Assembly: GCA_048213135.1 (NCBI GenBank) | Contig: PS015388.1 | Coordinates: forward strand, 1 to 64,000 | Origin: Reclinomonas americana ATCC 50394 | Lineage: Eukaryota | Reading direction: 5' to 3' | Length of the DNA stretch: 64,000 bases | Shown here: piece by piece, positions 1 through 14,200 of the stretch | Position numbering within the stretch: position 1 is the first letter of the stretch | Layout of the letters: every line of letters begins with the position of its first letter | Translations under genes and position numbers: made by a program | The notes under the pieces: model-generated | Told to the model about the DNA's origin: nothing | What the model saw: the letters and a program-made list of their open reading frames with translations, nothing else | The model's database searches: none

Positions 1-758
1 CCGTTCGGTCGAGTACGTCAGAGTACGAAGGAGAGGGTAGGAGAGAGAGAGAGAGAGAGAGCTTCACTGCCCTTGAGAAGGACGCCTGCTTGTCATGCGC
101 AGTGCAGTTCGGATACGTGTACTCTGCCTTTCCCTGTCTGCCTTTCCCTGCCGATGGGCACACAAATGGAGGAGCGGCACAGACACTGAAGCAGGCCTTG
201 CCTTCTTCTTCATGCAACCTTAGTGCACTCCAGAAGGAGAAACCACAGCTGTGGATGTGTGCGATCTTCCTTGCCAATCGGCACGCGAAATGACGGGAGA
301 CAGTTGTTTTTTCCTTTCATGGAGCTTGGCTCAGCCAAGAAGAGAGGCAGAGAAGCAGGGCTATCGTAGCTGCCATCGTCGTCCTTTTTTCATGCAGCTG
401 GCACGCAAGAGCAACAAACGATCGTAGTAAGTTTCCTCATTTCTTTTCTCGCCTCGGGAGCACACTCTTCGCAAGGCAAAGCTGCCCTCCATCGGAGAAT
501 TTGACCAAGCTGTCTTCCAAGTTGCCGTGTCAATCATGCGATCAGGATGATCGGAGCTCGAGGTCCGGATCCAGGCTTGCGCATGCCCGAAGAAGCGCGT
601 CAACCCTCGTCCTTCATGACAACTAACCTTCCTTCCAATGCAGCTTGCAAGAAGAGTTACAAGGCCCCTGCAACCCTCCTCCAAGATCTCCTCCTTTCCT
701 TCTTCTCTCGTCCCCTTCCCTCCCACGTCCTGTCCCCCACCCTTCCCCTTCCCTTCCA

Positions 759-2322
759 ATGCACCTCACCGGGCACACACACCCGCTCACCGCCCTCACC
801 ATCACCGCCGACTGCCGGCACGTCATCACCGGCGCCAGCGACGCCACCATCCGCGTGTGGTCCCACGCCTCCGGCACTCCACTGTATCGCCCCCTCGCGG
901 CCGTCGAAGACGACGTGTACATGGCGCAGGTGCACGCCGTGACAGTGTCGCCCAACGGCGAGCACATTGCGGCCAGCGCCTGCGGAAGCAGCGGCTACGA
1001 GTGCATCTGCGTGTGGTCGCACGGGACAACTCGAGCGACGCCTGCGCGGACACCGGCAAGCAGTGCACTCGCTGACCGTATCGCCCGACAGCACGCGACT
1101 GGTGACCGGCGATGGCACTGGTGTGGTCTATGTGTGGTCGGTGCCAGGGGACGCCTTTGTGCGGCAATTCAGTGGGCACACCGATTGTGTGTGGGCGGTG
1201 GCGGTGTGGGCGAGTGGGCGACGAGTGGTGACGGGCAGTGCGGATCAGACGGTGCGAGTGTGGGCCATGTTCTCCGGCGAGGAGGTGTGGTGTGGGCGCG
1301 GGCATGAGGGTGATGTGCTGGCGGTGGTGGTGAGTGCGGACGAAGGGTGGGTGGTGTCGGGAGGGGTGGACGGCGCGATTCGCTTGTGGTCGCTGGCGAG
1401 TGGTGAGCTGGTGCGCGTGGTGGAGGAGGCGCACGCGGAGTGGATCCGCTCGGTGACGTTCATTGGTGGTGACTGTTTCGTGACGGGTTGTAACGATGGA
1501 ACAGTGAGGTGGTGGTCGCTCGATACAGATCCAGAGCTGCTGGGTGAGACGACTGGTCGCATGGAGATGCCAATGGCGGTGTCGGTGGATGGGCGGTATG
1601 TGGTGACGAGCGAGGAGACGAGGGCGCGGGTGTGGCTGACGTGCAAGGGGGCGGCGCGGAGGGAGGTGGAGGTGGCGGAGGCGGCGGTGCAGGTGGTGCA
1701 GGGCATGCAACTGGATGTGGAGGATCCGGAGGAGTGGTGTTTGGTGGAGGTGGTGATGCGGTGCTTTGTGGTGGAGGAGGCGATGGTGGTGGCGCGGAGG
1801 TGTTGTAGGGTGGGGGGAGTGGTGGGGTGCATGAGGGGTGAAGGAACTGGGGTGCATCGATGACGAGACCGAAGGACGCGTTGTCAGAATCACCATTGTC
1901 GGATCTTGATTGACAGGATTGTTGTCCGGCCACCCATGATTTACGACGCGCAGAGCAAGGAGTACAAACGACACGTGATACCGCTTGATGAGGAACCTCC
2001 GCGCGGACGCACTGCATCGCGATCGCCACTGCCCACTGTGAGTGCTGCTGCTGCGCCATCGACTCCGCCGCCTCGCGATCGAAAAGTTGTCTGTCCGCCT
2101 CCAGACGGTGCTCGTTCGCCTCCCACGCGATCGCTCTCAAGCGCGCGCAGTGCCATGGCTGCAGCACCAGTGCTGATTGCCGAGTTGCCAGCCGTGACAC
2201 TGCGCGATTACGCACAGATGATGCCCGACTGGGCGGCTACCGTCAGAGGGGTTTCATCTGACCGCGAGCCGTCGATCGCAGTGCAGCTTGCGGATGCGGT
2301 GATTGTGACTGGCGAGGTGCGT

Positions 2323-2373
<51 letters not shown>

Positions 2374-4113
2374 CACCACATTCGTGGAATCTGGATGACT
2401 TACATGAAAAGTGTGCACCATCTTCAACTCCATGGCCAGGAGGTCCGGTTGCGTGCGCATTCCAACATACTGATGGCTCGGTCGGGGTACTTTGCCGAGG
2501 TTTTTGGGAGAGCAGGTGAGAGATGGCCGCTGGCCATTGAGATCGATCTAGATCTACGAGTGTGTCGTCGATTGATCACTCTACACGCATTGTAGACTTT
2601 GCCGACGGCGGTGAACGCCAGATCGAAGTGCGAAGCGTATCAACGGTGAGTTCCTAAGAGAGAAGGTGAGAGGGAGAGGGATCTGAGACGCGATGTTGCT
2701 TCGAGCTGTCAAGATCTGCGCACACCTGAAGCCATCAGCCACACGGTACCTTGCAGTTGCTGTTGTACAGTATGCATGCATGTTGTTCTTGTACATCAGC
2801 CGCTGCGAATGCGTTCCACTTGGCCACGATTCCACCTCAGGCTACATATGTACATGTACACGTGGGAATGAGCCATTGCGGCAGAGAGAGCTTCGGCGGC
2901 TAGCTCTGATGATATCGATCACGATCACGCGTACGAGTATGCATGCACATGTATTATTTGTTCATTCTTTGTGTGTCACATCGGTCCCTTTTCGCGACTG
3001 CTGCAGCTGCCTGCCTTACTATATATGTTCGTGTGTCCTTCGCAGCACATCATGATAATAGTGCTTCGATACATCTACACCGGCGCACTGCGCTGTGTTG
3101 ACGAAGACATATTCCCGTTGCTTGCAGCTGCCGAGTTGCTGCAGTTGACAGCGCTGAGGACCCATCTGGTTTCCACAATTCGCGAAGCACTCTCGGTGGA
3201 TAACGTGGTGGCGTGTTTGGTTTGTTTCGCTCGCTTGTGGTGCACGCATGCGCAGCGTGTCGTACCTGCTGCCAAGTCTCATTTTCATTACAGCATTCCC
3301 TGGAATATCTGGGACTGCATCACGACGACTTGGAGGAGACGTGCTTGCTTCTTGTCGACCAGCATGCGTCGACAGTAGTGATGACAGATGGATTCCGGCG
3401 CACGACAACGAACATTGTGTGCACGATATTGACGCGCGACGCCCTTTCGGCCACGGAAGAGGAGTTGTGGGATGCTGTCATTCGATGGGCATGGTGAGCG
3501 TGTGCACTTGCACCTATAGTTGTTTTACCGCACTTTGTGTCTGCATTCCTTGCGGAAATATGGTGCTCGTGTAGATCTTGGAGCCGTGACTCGCAGTTAG
3601 GTCGTCCACTGTTGTGGCCAGCTTTTCTCCGCTTCCCTCATGTGTGCGTACGCGCAATTCTGTGTCGAGTGAGATGTGCTTTGCTTTCCATGCCAGTTCT
3701 GTTGTTTCCCCGTCATGATCAGTTTCACCGCAGTAGCACCATTTCTGCAGCTGTTGTAGGGTTGCTAAATATCCATTCTACTTGTGCGCAGCAACATTGA
3801 ACGCATTCCAACTGCTTCCGTCTCCGACTGGACCATTGATCACAAAGCACGAATTGCTGCGCTTGCACGGCCGGCTCTGGCACTGGTACGCTTGTACCAC
3901 ATTCCCGCCACCAGGTGCGCTACCAGTAGCATTTATCCAGTGCCATGTTTCTCAATCCTGGAATGTCTGGCTGCACTCAGAGTGGACGAATTCGCCCAAC
4001 TGTGCGGCACACTCCTGTCGCAGGAATGCTTTGACAGATGGCTTGAGTATTTGGCCAATCCTGCTGGTTTTACTGCTGAGCAAGTGCTGCCGGCACGTGC
4101 GCGAAGAGAGTGA
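759..4113 (+). CDS. WD40-repeat plus BTB/POZ-BACK protein (multi-exon; apparent frameshift near 1020)
   Basis: WD40 repeats LTGHTHPLTAL..ITGASDATIRVW, FSGHTDCVWAV..TGSADQTVRVW and GHEGDVLAV..SGGVDGAIRLW. Intron 1800-1916 joins these in frame to later exons with BTB motifs (LRAHSNILMARSGYF; VLRYIYTG; LLAAAELLQL) and a BACK-like EEELWDAVIRWA. Stop at 4111-4113. Confidence 0.7.
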
Positions 4114-4366
4114 AATGTGAGCGCCTACATGCAGCTAACGTTGCGATTTCTGTCTTCGACAGCCGGCACCAGCTGTAGTGTCTTGTTCTGTGATGATGAG
4201 ATCTTGATGCATTCACTGATGTGTATTACAATTGGCATTCATTTTTCAACTCATAATATCGATCAAGGTCACACGCACGCTTCGCGCACATGGAAACATT
4301 CCCACCCCACCCACCAACACTCAACAATTTCTGTACATACAATACACCCACTCACACGCCCAACAC

Positions 4367-7300
4367 TCACTCATACTGACACACCAACGGCGGCTGGCTA
4401 TACCGCGCCGCCACCATGTCGACCAGCGCCATCAGCAGCCCACCGCTCCCGTCGTACATTTCGGCGCTATCGGTCGGCTTCCACTCACTCCGCACCCGCT
4501 GCGGCAACAGCAACGAGTCGTCGTCCGACAGCACCGTTCGGCACGGTGATCGGCGCGACCCGTCGCCGTCACGCCCTCCTACGCCGCCGCTACCACCGCG
4601 ACAATCATCACCACTACCAACACCACCGCTGCCACTGCTACCACTCCCGCAGCCCGTCACACCGTCGCCTCCCCGCGACGACGACATTTCAGCGGCCTCG
4701 CACACATTGCGGAGGGCCTCTCGGCACGCTCCGGCCACCACTGTCCACACCGTCGTCAGCACCGTCAGTGCTCTGGAGCTCGACTGACAGGTTCGTGGAG
4801 ACGACGACGACACGGCGGGCAATGATGATGACGATGATGGGGGTGGTGCAGCAGCTCGAACTGGCGAGTCGTACGACAGTGGCCGTGAGGACTCCCGTGG
4901 TATCCGCGGAGATCGCGCCGCGCCAGCCGGCACAAGTCGCCCATTGCCGGCGCAGACAAGGACCGGCGAGGCCGACGACGGCGGCAGCAGGGAGACCGAC
5001 GAAATGTCACGCACACTGCTGTCTCCTTCGGGTTGCGGTGAGGCGGCGGGAGGGGAGGCTTGTCGCGCACCGACAGGTGCCGAGAGCGCCGGTGACGACA
5101 GCGCCGACATTGACATGTTGCAGCGCGCAAAGTGCACCGACGCAGACTCTACCATGCTGAGAGTCAGCGGTGGCACGACTGGCGGCGCCACGGCAGCGGG
5201 AGTGGATGGAGCAGTGGTGTTCGCGGTGCGCAAGTCATCTGGGCCAAGGGGTGAGAGGAAGAAGAAGGGCGTGGTGGAGGGGAAGGGCATGCGCGCACCT
5301 GGCAGGAGCGATTCGGCCATGTCAAAGTCGTCGGCGCTGAGTGTGTCGAACTCGCACATGCCGTCGTCGCACGAGCAGAGCACGGTGTTGGCGGGGAGGG
5401 GCTGTTGCGGGGAGGATGTTAGAGAGAAGAGAGAGGCAGGGAGGGGGAAGAAAGGATGAGTTGTCATCTGGCTCTCCAACAGGGATGAGTGACTGCAGGA
5501 ATGAGGTCCAGGAAAAAGAGAAGATGACACCCTGTTTGGAGTCTACTGCGATGAAAGGACAAGTGTGGTATCTCTCGTCACACCAAACTAATATGAGAAA
5601 GTTTGGTGCGCTGTTTTTCAACAATCAGGCCCATTTCGAATAAACCCCTCACTCAGCAGCATCTCCACCATCTGCAAGGTCAAAGAGTCTTTCTCCACAA
5701 AACTCACAGGGAATCAACGACAGCAGCCGTCGAGGCGGGTGACTGCACAGCGGTGCCTTCAAGAGCCACAAAGCCACTGCTCTACCCCGCGTCACTCGCC
5801 ATCCCGGCTCACTTCCATGATAAAAAGATGTGCCTTCTAGAGCGACAAAGCCACTGCTCTACCCCTCGCCACTCGCAATCCCGACCTCACTCCCATGTCA
5901 GAGAGATGTGTATTACGGTGCCCTCTTGATCGTGAGACACGAAGCCACTGTTCTACCCTGACTAGATGTGCATTACGGTGCCCTCTTGAGGCACGTAGCC
6001 ACTGTTCTACCCCGCTATCTCGAACTTACTCCCATGACACAGAGACGTGAAAGCGACGACTGTGCAGTCGCGTGATCTCTCGATAGGGATGGGAAGAATG
6101 CGTCGGTTGACAAAAAGACAGAGCGAGGGATGCGAGATAGAAGAGAAGAAATGCACACTCACCCCGTCCACCGTCATGAGGCGGCAAACTTGCATACAAC
6201 CGGACGGCGACATGCGAGGTGGAGCGACGGCTGGAGACGCCAGCGTTGCTTCTGCAGGTCAAACGTGCTGATGAGCCTTGCTTGCTTACGGGAAGCAGAC
6301 TGCAACATGCCACTCTCACCTGGCAGCGACGACGACATGGATCTGCCTTGTTGTACACTCTGTCGCACCGACACATGGCTCTCGGCTCGATAGTAGGCAT
6401 GCTGTGAGCTCTCGACGCGGTCCGCAGCACCGAGCAGCGAGTCTACAAAAGATGGGTGTGAGTTTGCACTTTTACCACACCTACTGCTGTAAGCATACCT
6501 GTCATGTGCACAACGACCATGCTGCCCGAGTGTGCCATTTGCGACTCTATTGCGTCGCAAGGTGAGCAGAGAGGAAGTACAAGGATCTCTCTCCCTTTCC
6601 CACACATCTCACCATTCGTCGGCGTCGGCACTATGATCATGCTGGCCGAGGTGTGCATCTCCCGCGCCTCCTGCTGCATCTCCAACTGCGCTCTGTAGAA
6701 CGCAGCCTCCGCCCGCGCCTCTTGCAGCGCGTCGCGCAGCGCATGCATGGCGTCCTCAACACTGCGCAGTCGCACCGACACGTCCTCCTCGCCGACGCGC
6801 ACCTGGTAGATTCGCAACTGTTCAGCACAGCCGAGCAATGGAGCGCACGCGCATGGCCCCAACAAACCGCCTCGTTCACGGCACTCGCCGCACTCAGCTC
6901 GATGTGCAGCAGCTGGCTCAACTCGCTCAACTCGCGCGCCACCAGCGATACGGCGCACTCGGTGCCACTCTCCGTGTCGAGCTCCTCCGCGTCGCTCGCC
7001 ACACCGCCGCCGAGCGACACGTCGCCAAACGAAAAGTGCTTGCGGCGAGCCGAGGTGGGCGGCGTCAGGGACTCTGACAGAGCGAGACAATTGCTGCTGC
7101 TGCCGCTGGTGAGGCCGCTGTAGGCGCTGGCGGTGCTGTAGGCGATGGAGTGCGGGCAGCAGGGGGTGGTGCGCAAGGTGTGGGCGGCCTGGCGAAGGCG
7201 CATGACCAGGCGGGATTCCTGCCCGAGTGGAGAAGGGAGGAGGAGGGCGAAGGGGGAAAGGGGGAGGGGAAGTGAGGGGGAAGGGGGAGAGGGAGGGAAG

Positions 7301-8219
7301 GGGAGAAGTGAGTGGAAAGAAAGGAAGTGGGATAACATCGCACAGAGTGGTGCAGGTGAGAAATAGAAGATCAAAAGCAACAAGGGAAGAGTGTTGTACA
7401 TGAGAAGAAAGTGGCGACACATTAGCGACCGCAATGATGGAGGAAGATCCAAGCAGTCCACATCTTCGATGTCACTAAGAAAGACAAGAACGATCGAGGA
7501 GCCGAGAGAAGGAGAACTGCAACAGAAGGAAAGCAGCAGTGAGCAAGAATGAACGAGATGAAGACTTGAGAGAAGAAAAAGGAGGTCGGGGTGGCGGAAC
7601 AGGACTTGCACAGCGAGGAGAAGAATTATGGAGCTGCCGAGAGACAACAAGGAAAGCGACCCAGTGCAGAAGTCGACTGTGACAGTGGAAATCGGCACCA
7701 CTTTTGCGGGGAATACGACAGAAGGGCGTCGTTCCATCGCAACACTGAACATAGGATGGACATCAAAGAACACTGCGCCACAACACTCAAGGAGAAACCC
7801 AAGAAACAGAGACAAATGAGCGTTGTTTTTGAGAGATGAGAGGAAAAACCAATCAGAACGAGCAATGTAGCAGTGGTCAAAAGAGTAAGAGAGTGACAGT
7901 AGAGAGTGTGGCAATGAGAGAGAAAGGCAGGCAGTGAGTGAGTGAGTGTATGTGTGTTTGTGTTGTCCTCGACAAGAGAACAAAACTCTAATGTTGTGTA
8001 GCGCGGTGTCATATCGTCGCGCTCGTGCTTGTGACAAGGCCAGTGCGTCCTCCCGAATCGTTCCCTGTGCGTGCGCGTGTGAGACAAGGCGAAGCGGAGC
8101 GCAAGTGAGCGTGTGATCATCACACACAAAACACGCACACACAAAACAAAACACACCAGGTCTTGTCGATCGACCCATCGCGGGCTGTCCAGCGGTGGAG
8201 GAGGTGGAGCAGCTGACAT
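4367..8219 (-). CDS. Hypothetical multi-exon protein with a coiled-coil segment and Ser/Pro-rich low-complexity C-terminus
   Basis: ATG at 8219 (MSAAPPPPPLDSPRW). GT-AG-flanked exons near 8065-7990, 7218-6870, 6803-6613 (VEDAMHALRDALQEARAEAAFYRAQLE), 6442-6320, 6253-6163 and a long terminal region ending at 4367. No family recognised. Confidence 0.5.
5770..6040. repeat. Degenerate intronic tandem repeat (AAGCCACTG(C/T)TCTACCCC.. unit, about 4 copies)
   Basis: Motif recurs near 5771, 5848, 5942 and 5997. GATGTG(T/C)ATTACGGTGCCCTCTTGA occurs twice. Confidence 0.7.
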
Positions 8220-8327
8220 GCGCGTGGTGAGAGGAGACTGTGTGTCTGCGCGCGCTCGGAGGATGATTGAACTGTAACGTCGTCCGGAAAGTTGTGGGAC
8301 GGCGGGAAAGAGTGAGCAAGGAGAGCA

Positions 8328-9009
8328 ATGCAGTTTGTGTGCAGTCTGCCGCTGGTTCAGAGCGGAGGAGGAGGAGGAGGAGGAATGACAGTGCTGGGCC
8401 ATGTGTTTGCGCAAAGAGTGAGTGAAACGCACGGAGAGAGACAGAGATAGAAGTAGGGAGAGAGAGAGTGAGTGAGTGAAAGAGTGTGTGTGTGTGTGTG
8501 TGCGTGAGAGAGAGAGAGAGAGAGTGTGAGTGAGTGCAGTGAGTGAGTGAGTGAGTAAGAGAGAGAGAAAGAGAGCATGCATCTAATCTCTCTCTCGCTC
8601 CCTCCTTCACTCACTCACTCACTCACTCACTCACTCACTCATTCGCTCACTCACTGCACTCTCTCTCACTCATTCGCTCACTCACTCACACACTCTCACT
8701 CACTCACTCACTCACTCACTCACTCCCTTTCCTCCCTTCCTCCCTTCCCTCACTCACTCACTCTCTCCTTCTCCTTCTCCCTCTCCTTCTCCCTCTCCCA
8801 AGGTCGACTACGAAGGCGAGTCGGACCTCGAGCTGCGCATGTACGTGCAACAGCGATCAGGGCAGGCGGCAGTGATGGCTGCAGCAGCAGCAGCGGCGGC
8901 ACCGAGCGGCGATGATGAGGAGATGGAGGTGGGCGATGGTGGCGAGGAGGTTGCCGCTTGCAAGTTTGTGGAGGCCATGAGAAGAGAGTTTGGCGTGCGA
9001 GGTGGGTGA
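8328..9009 (+). CDS. Possible small two-exon hypothetical protein (about 100 aa)
   Basis: Exon 8803-9009 follows a pyrimidine tract and AG and reads VDYEGESDLELRMYVQQ..KFVEAMRREFGVRGG*. Candidate first exon 8328-8417 ends AGA|GTGAGT in phase. Confidence 0.3.
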
Positions 9010-9436
9010 GGGAGTGAGGGGAAGGGAGGGGAAGAGGGAGGGAGAGGAGGGAGAGGAGGGAGAGGAGGGAGAGGAGGGGAAGGAAAGGGATGACTTTGTT
9101 CTTCTTCTCATTCTCTCTCTTTGGTTGTTGTTGTTGTTGTTATCATTGTTCTACTCATCCTCCTGCTGCTCTTCCTCCTTCATCTCCTTCCTCCCTTCAC
9201 TTTCCCTCCCTCCCTCTCTNNNNNNNNNNNNNNNNNNNNNNNNNNNNNNNNNNNNNNNNNNNNNNNNNNNNNNNNNNNNNNNNNNNNNNNNNNNNNNNNN
9301 NNNNNNNNNNNNNNNNNNNNNNNNNNNNNNNNNNNNNNNNNNNNNNNNNNNNCGTCCGTCGGACGGTAACGTCGTCGTACGTAGTCGTTCGTACGTACTT
9401 ACGTACGTAGTACGTACGTACGTACGACTACGTCTA

Positions 9437-9479
<43 letters not shown>

Positions 9480-9491
9480 CTCCTCCTCCTC

Positions 9492-9540
<49 letters not shown>

Positions 9541-10010
9541 TGGTGCTCAAAAGTTGTCGTCCATTCCAGGCCTCGTGGTGCGCGTGCACCCTTCGCTCGA
9601 GATGCGATTGCGCAAGGCGTGCAACTTTGAAGGAGCACCGGAGGTGCGTCGATCCCTTGTGCTGTCTCTTCGCCTCCTTCGCCACTCACCTTCCCCACAG
9701 GCACTCTTGCCAGCGCACATTTGCGCGGTGCTGGCACAGACGTTAATGGACAGCCACATGCAGTAGTAGGAGAAGCACCGCGCCTTGTTCAGTTCAGCGA
9801 GGGCTGGCCGTGCGACCTCACTCGGTGCTCGATGGCGAGAGCACTCACACGATGCAGAACAAGCATGTTCTTGAGTGCCAAGGCTAAATATACGCCCCAT
9901 AGCAATCACCAGTCGACGTCGCAGCGCAATGAGCTCGTGCAAGATGTGGAGTTGCCAGTGACGAGTCAAGCTTTTGGCGGGGATGCGAGGTGATCTCGGC
10001 TTTGGCACCG

Positions 10011-10400
10011 CGGTTTAGTCGCAGACACTCCAGCAGTCGCCTTTCGCGAAGTGCACCTTCACGTATGCAGTGCTTCCAGTGCGGGCAAGCTAACGCTTCG
10101 ACCAACGTCGCCAGACGTCGAAGCACGAGAGTTATCGATGGACTCTGTGTGGTTTTTGTCGCAGACACTCCAGCATTCATTCTTTGAGGAGCAAGTCTAC
10201 ATGTGGGCAGCGCTTCCTGTGCAGGCAAGGTGATGCATGCGTCTCGACCAACGCAGCCAGACGTCTTCACGCTGTAATCGCCTTTGGAAGTCGTGAAGTG
10301 GTTTTGTCGCAGACGCTCCAGCATTCGTTCTTGAAGAACGAATATACATGTAAGAAGTGCTCCTTGTGCCAGTAAGCTGACGCTGCGCTTTGGCCGCTGC
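10011..10400. repeat. Degenerate tandem triplication (about 140-150 bp unit), possibly a decayed coding module
   Basis: GTCGCAGAC(A/G)CTCCAGCA recurs at about 10018, 10158 and 10306. TCGACCAACG..CCAGACGTC occurs twice. The shared translation VAD(T/A)PA.. is broken by stops and indels. Confidence 0.6.
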
Positions 10401-10638
10401 CAGCCGCATGAGTGCTTTCGAAATCGAATTATTTGGCAGACTTCCTCTTTTGCGAAGTTCCCCTACACGGAGACAGTGCTTGCCACGCAGCTACATGCCC
10501 ACGAAGACCAGCACAGCCACATGAGAGACTGCATCATTGTTCCGAATCTTCCCGCCATTTTCATGCAGCCAGTGTTTGCCCTATCACACCGACTCTCAAT
10601 TTTGTTTGTTTTTTTCACACATCATCCAACGCGACAGG

Positions 10639-10907
10639 ATGAGCATGCGTGCTCTCCTCTCTGCCGACTTTGACGACGAGCGCAATGAGCTCGCTCACAC
10701 AAAGGAGCACGCACACAGTGCGAGTGTGACTCCAGTGTCGTTTGCCTCGGAGCGCACTGTGCGCAGATGCACAGTGCTGTGCGTTCTTGTGTTCCTCGCG
10801 CTGTACACGCGCACTACGTATCCTACCATTGCGGGAGGCGATTCGGGCGAGCTGGTGACTGTGGGTGAGTGAGAGAAGGAAACTCACATGCACACACATA
10901 CTCTCAT

Positions 10908-10957
<50 letters not shown>

Positions 10958-11186
10958 TACTGACGTCGTCGACTAACGTCCGTCCGTCCGTTCGTCGTAG
11001 TAGTTAGGTAGTCGACGACGTACTTACGTTCCGTACCGTAACGAACGTACCTTAACGTTTTTACGNNNNNNNNNNNNNNNNNNNNCGTACGTACGTACGT
11101 ACGTACGTACGTCGCGGGTGTGTGCGGCGAGTGAGTAGAGAGAGAGACGACGAACGACGAACGACACACACACACACACACACGAC

Positions 11187-11236
<50 letters not shown>

Positions 11237-14200
11237 AGAAGAGGAGGAAACCTTCAGCTGCATCTCGCTCTGTGATTGGATGCACGCATTGCCTCAAGCA
11301 CTATTTCGTTTGGTGACTCCCTTACACAATCCGTGAGCCTTCTGTCACTCTCGGCGGTTTAGCACACGCTGCTGTTACTTGCTCTTCTCGTGTATACCGC
11401 TCTTCTCGTGCTTATTGTTGTTCTCATGCACGTCGCCCTTCTCATGCCCATCGCTATTCTCATGCACGTTGTCTTCTTATGCACAATGCTCTTCTCGTGC
11501 GCGTCGTCGCGTCGTGTTATTGCTCTCCTCATGCACACCTCTTCGCGTTCACATCGCTCTTCTCATGCGCGTCGTCGCCTCATGCATATTTCTCTCCTCA
11601 TGCACACCTCTTCGCGTTCACCCCGCTCTTCTCATGCTTGTTGCTCTTCTCGTGCACATCGTTCATGTCGCGCACACCGCTCTCCTGGTGTTCAATGCTC
11701 ATTTCGTGCGATTTGCTCTTCTCGTGTACACCACCCATCTCGTGCACACCGCTCTTCTCATGCTTGTTGTCCTCTCGTGCACATCGTCCTTCTCACACAT
11801 CGCTCTCCTGGTGCTCAATGCCCTTCTCATGCGCATTGCTCTCCTCGTGCACATCGCTCTGCTCATGCGCATCGCCCTTCTCATACACGTCGCTGTTCCC
11901 ATGCATATTGCATTTCTCGTGCACGTTGCTCATCTCTTGCACATCACTCTCTCAAGGCTTGCATTGCATTCTCTTCACTCTCTTCTCTCTCTCCTCACAC
12001 TTCTTCTCCCTCTCCTTTCTAGCCGAGAACCTGGGCGTCGCCCACCCACCCGGCTACCCACTGCTTACCATCATGGGCAAGCTGGCCATCGAACTGCTGC
12101 GGCCGACGGGCGTGCAGGCCGCGTACGCCATGAACCTCATGAATGCGTGCATTGGGGCGGTGTCGGCCAGCCTCTTCTTCTTTGTGGCATGTCGCGTGAC
12201 GCGCAACCTGATTCCCGTGGCGGCGCTGGTGACCTCGTTGTTCTTCCTGAGGTTAGTGTGTGGAGAGGTGGCGGGGTGGGGAGAGGGCGTGGATTCTCAC
12301 GTTGCGCTGCTGCAGCCCGTGGATCTGGGAGTACACCACTGGCGCCGAGGTGTTCACGCTCAACAACCTGTTCACCGTCGCCGTGTTGTGGTTGACGATG
12401 GAGTTTGTCGATGCACTGAGTGACAATGATGACCGTTGCGTGCGAGAGTGAGTGCGGAAGAGAAGGAGAGAGAGAGAGCACTGGCAGTGTGTGCAGAATG
12501 ACGCCGAGAATGATTGATTACTCTCATCGAGTGCAGTAAGAGACTGTAATTGTGAAACAGAACGTGCTTGGAGGAGTTAGTGCGCGTCTGCGGTGCTCGA
12601 GTGCGTCATTCAGACTGCAGAAGAGAAACACAGATAGGCAGACACAGAGAGAGAGAGAAACAGACAGACAGACAGAGAGACAGACAGACAGACAGACAGA
12701 CTGCCAGCCATAGAGAGCAGCCGAAGTGCCGTAAAATGTGTGAGATTATGAGAGCTACTCAGTGGTTACTTGCCTGCGCGAGTGCATTCGTGTTACTGAG
12801 AAGGAGATACCTGTGCGTGGTAGAATGAGCACAGGCACAGTGCATTCGACGTGTGAGAGCGTGAAGGCGACCAGGGCTTCCTGTGCAGCGAGTCCGTGAG
12901 CAAGCGAGAGAATCGAAAGGAAACTATGTAGATGTTGGAGTTTTTTCGTGTGTTCACTCCATTTGCTGGCTGTCTCACTGCTTCCCCCACAGACCGCCGC
13001 GCCGTATCGCTCTCGCGCTGGGGCGTGTTTGTGTCGGCACTGGCGCTCACCAACCAGCACACCATGGTGGTCTTTGTGGTGAGTATCTCTGCGGCACAGT
13101 GCATCGTCACAAGCAATGATTCACCCGCGTGCATGCAGGTACCGCTCTCCGCCTGGGTGCTCTTCTACCTGCGCGTGGCCATTTGGCGCCGCCCGGTGAT
13201 CCTGCTGCAGTACGCGGTGCTGGGTGTGCTCGGCATGCTGCCGTATGTGTACATTCCACTGGTCACTGCGTTCTCGCAGCCGCTCGTCACGTGGGGTGAG
13301 TGTGCAGTGCTTCTTCCCTCGTCTGGAACTTGCTTCGCATTGCAAATCGATCTTTCTCTGTCTGTCAGCGACTTTTTCATTCCCTAACTTCTCTGTCTCT
13401 CCTTTCCTTTCTTACTTTGATCTGTCTTCCGCACTCTCACAGCCCCCCCTTTTTTTCATCTCTCCCCCATCTCTCCCCATCTCTTTCTCCTCTTTTCACC
13501 CTTTTCTCTCCCTCTCCTTCCCTCCCCCTTCTCCCCCCTACTTTACCCTCACTTCCCCTTCTCTTCCCCTTCTCCCCTTTTCCCTGTGCAGCCAATCCCG
13601 CCACCTGGGACGGCTTCCTCTTCCACCTCCTGCGCCGCGACTACGGCACCCTCATGCTGGTGCCCGGCGACGATCCCATCGCCGTGGCCGAGCCCAACCT
13701 CATGCACACGCTCTCCATGTTTGCCGAGCGCCTCGACCTCATCACCTTCCGCGCCGGCCTCGCCCTCGCCGGTCTCGGCGTGCTGCGCATGCTGACGGCA
13801 TTTGTGCCGTGGCTCTCTTCCTCGTCCAAGGAGGTGGTGGAAGTGGAGGTGGAAGAAGAGGGGGAGGAGGAAGCGGAGGTTGCACCACCGCGTACGCCGG
13901 CAGTGACGGGCATGCGTCGCTACAACCAGCTGCTGCGCCGCTATCTGCCCGTGCTCGCGTCGATGATTGTGGTGTACCTGTGGTTCTTCTCGGCGCGCAA
14001 CAACGCCAACCCCGCCGCCAAGATCAACGTCGAGGTAGTCTCGCGCTTCTGGATGCAGCCACTGCTCGGCGTGCTGCTGTTTGCCGCCATTGGCTGCATG
14101 TCGGCCATTGATTGGCTCCACCAAATGGCCGCCGTCGAGGAGGGCACGGAGACGCCAGAGGTGGTGGAGGAGAGCAACTATGCCTCGCAGGTCATCATCT

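Noticed and set aside
11379-12021. Long hydrophobic His/Leu-rich ORFs
   Set aside because: They are translations of an 18-bp minisatellite inside TMEM260 intron 1, and the flanking exons splice across it in frame.
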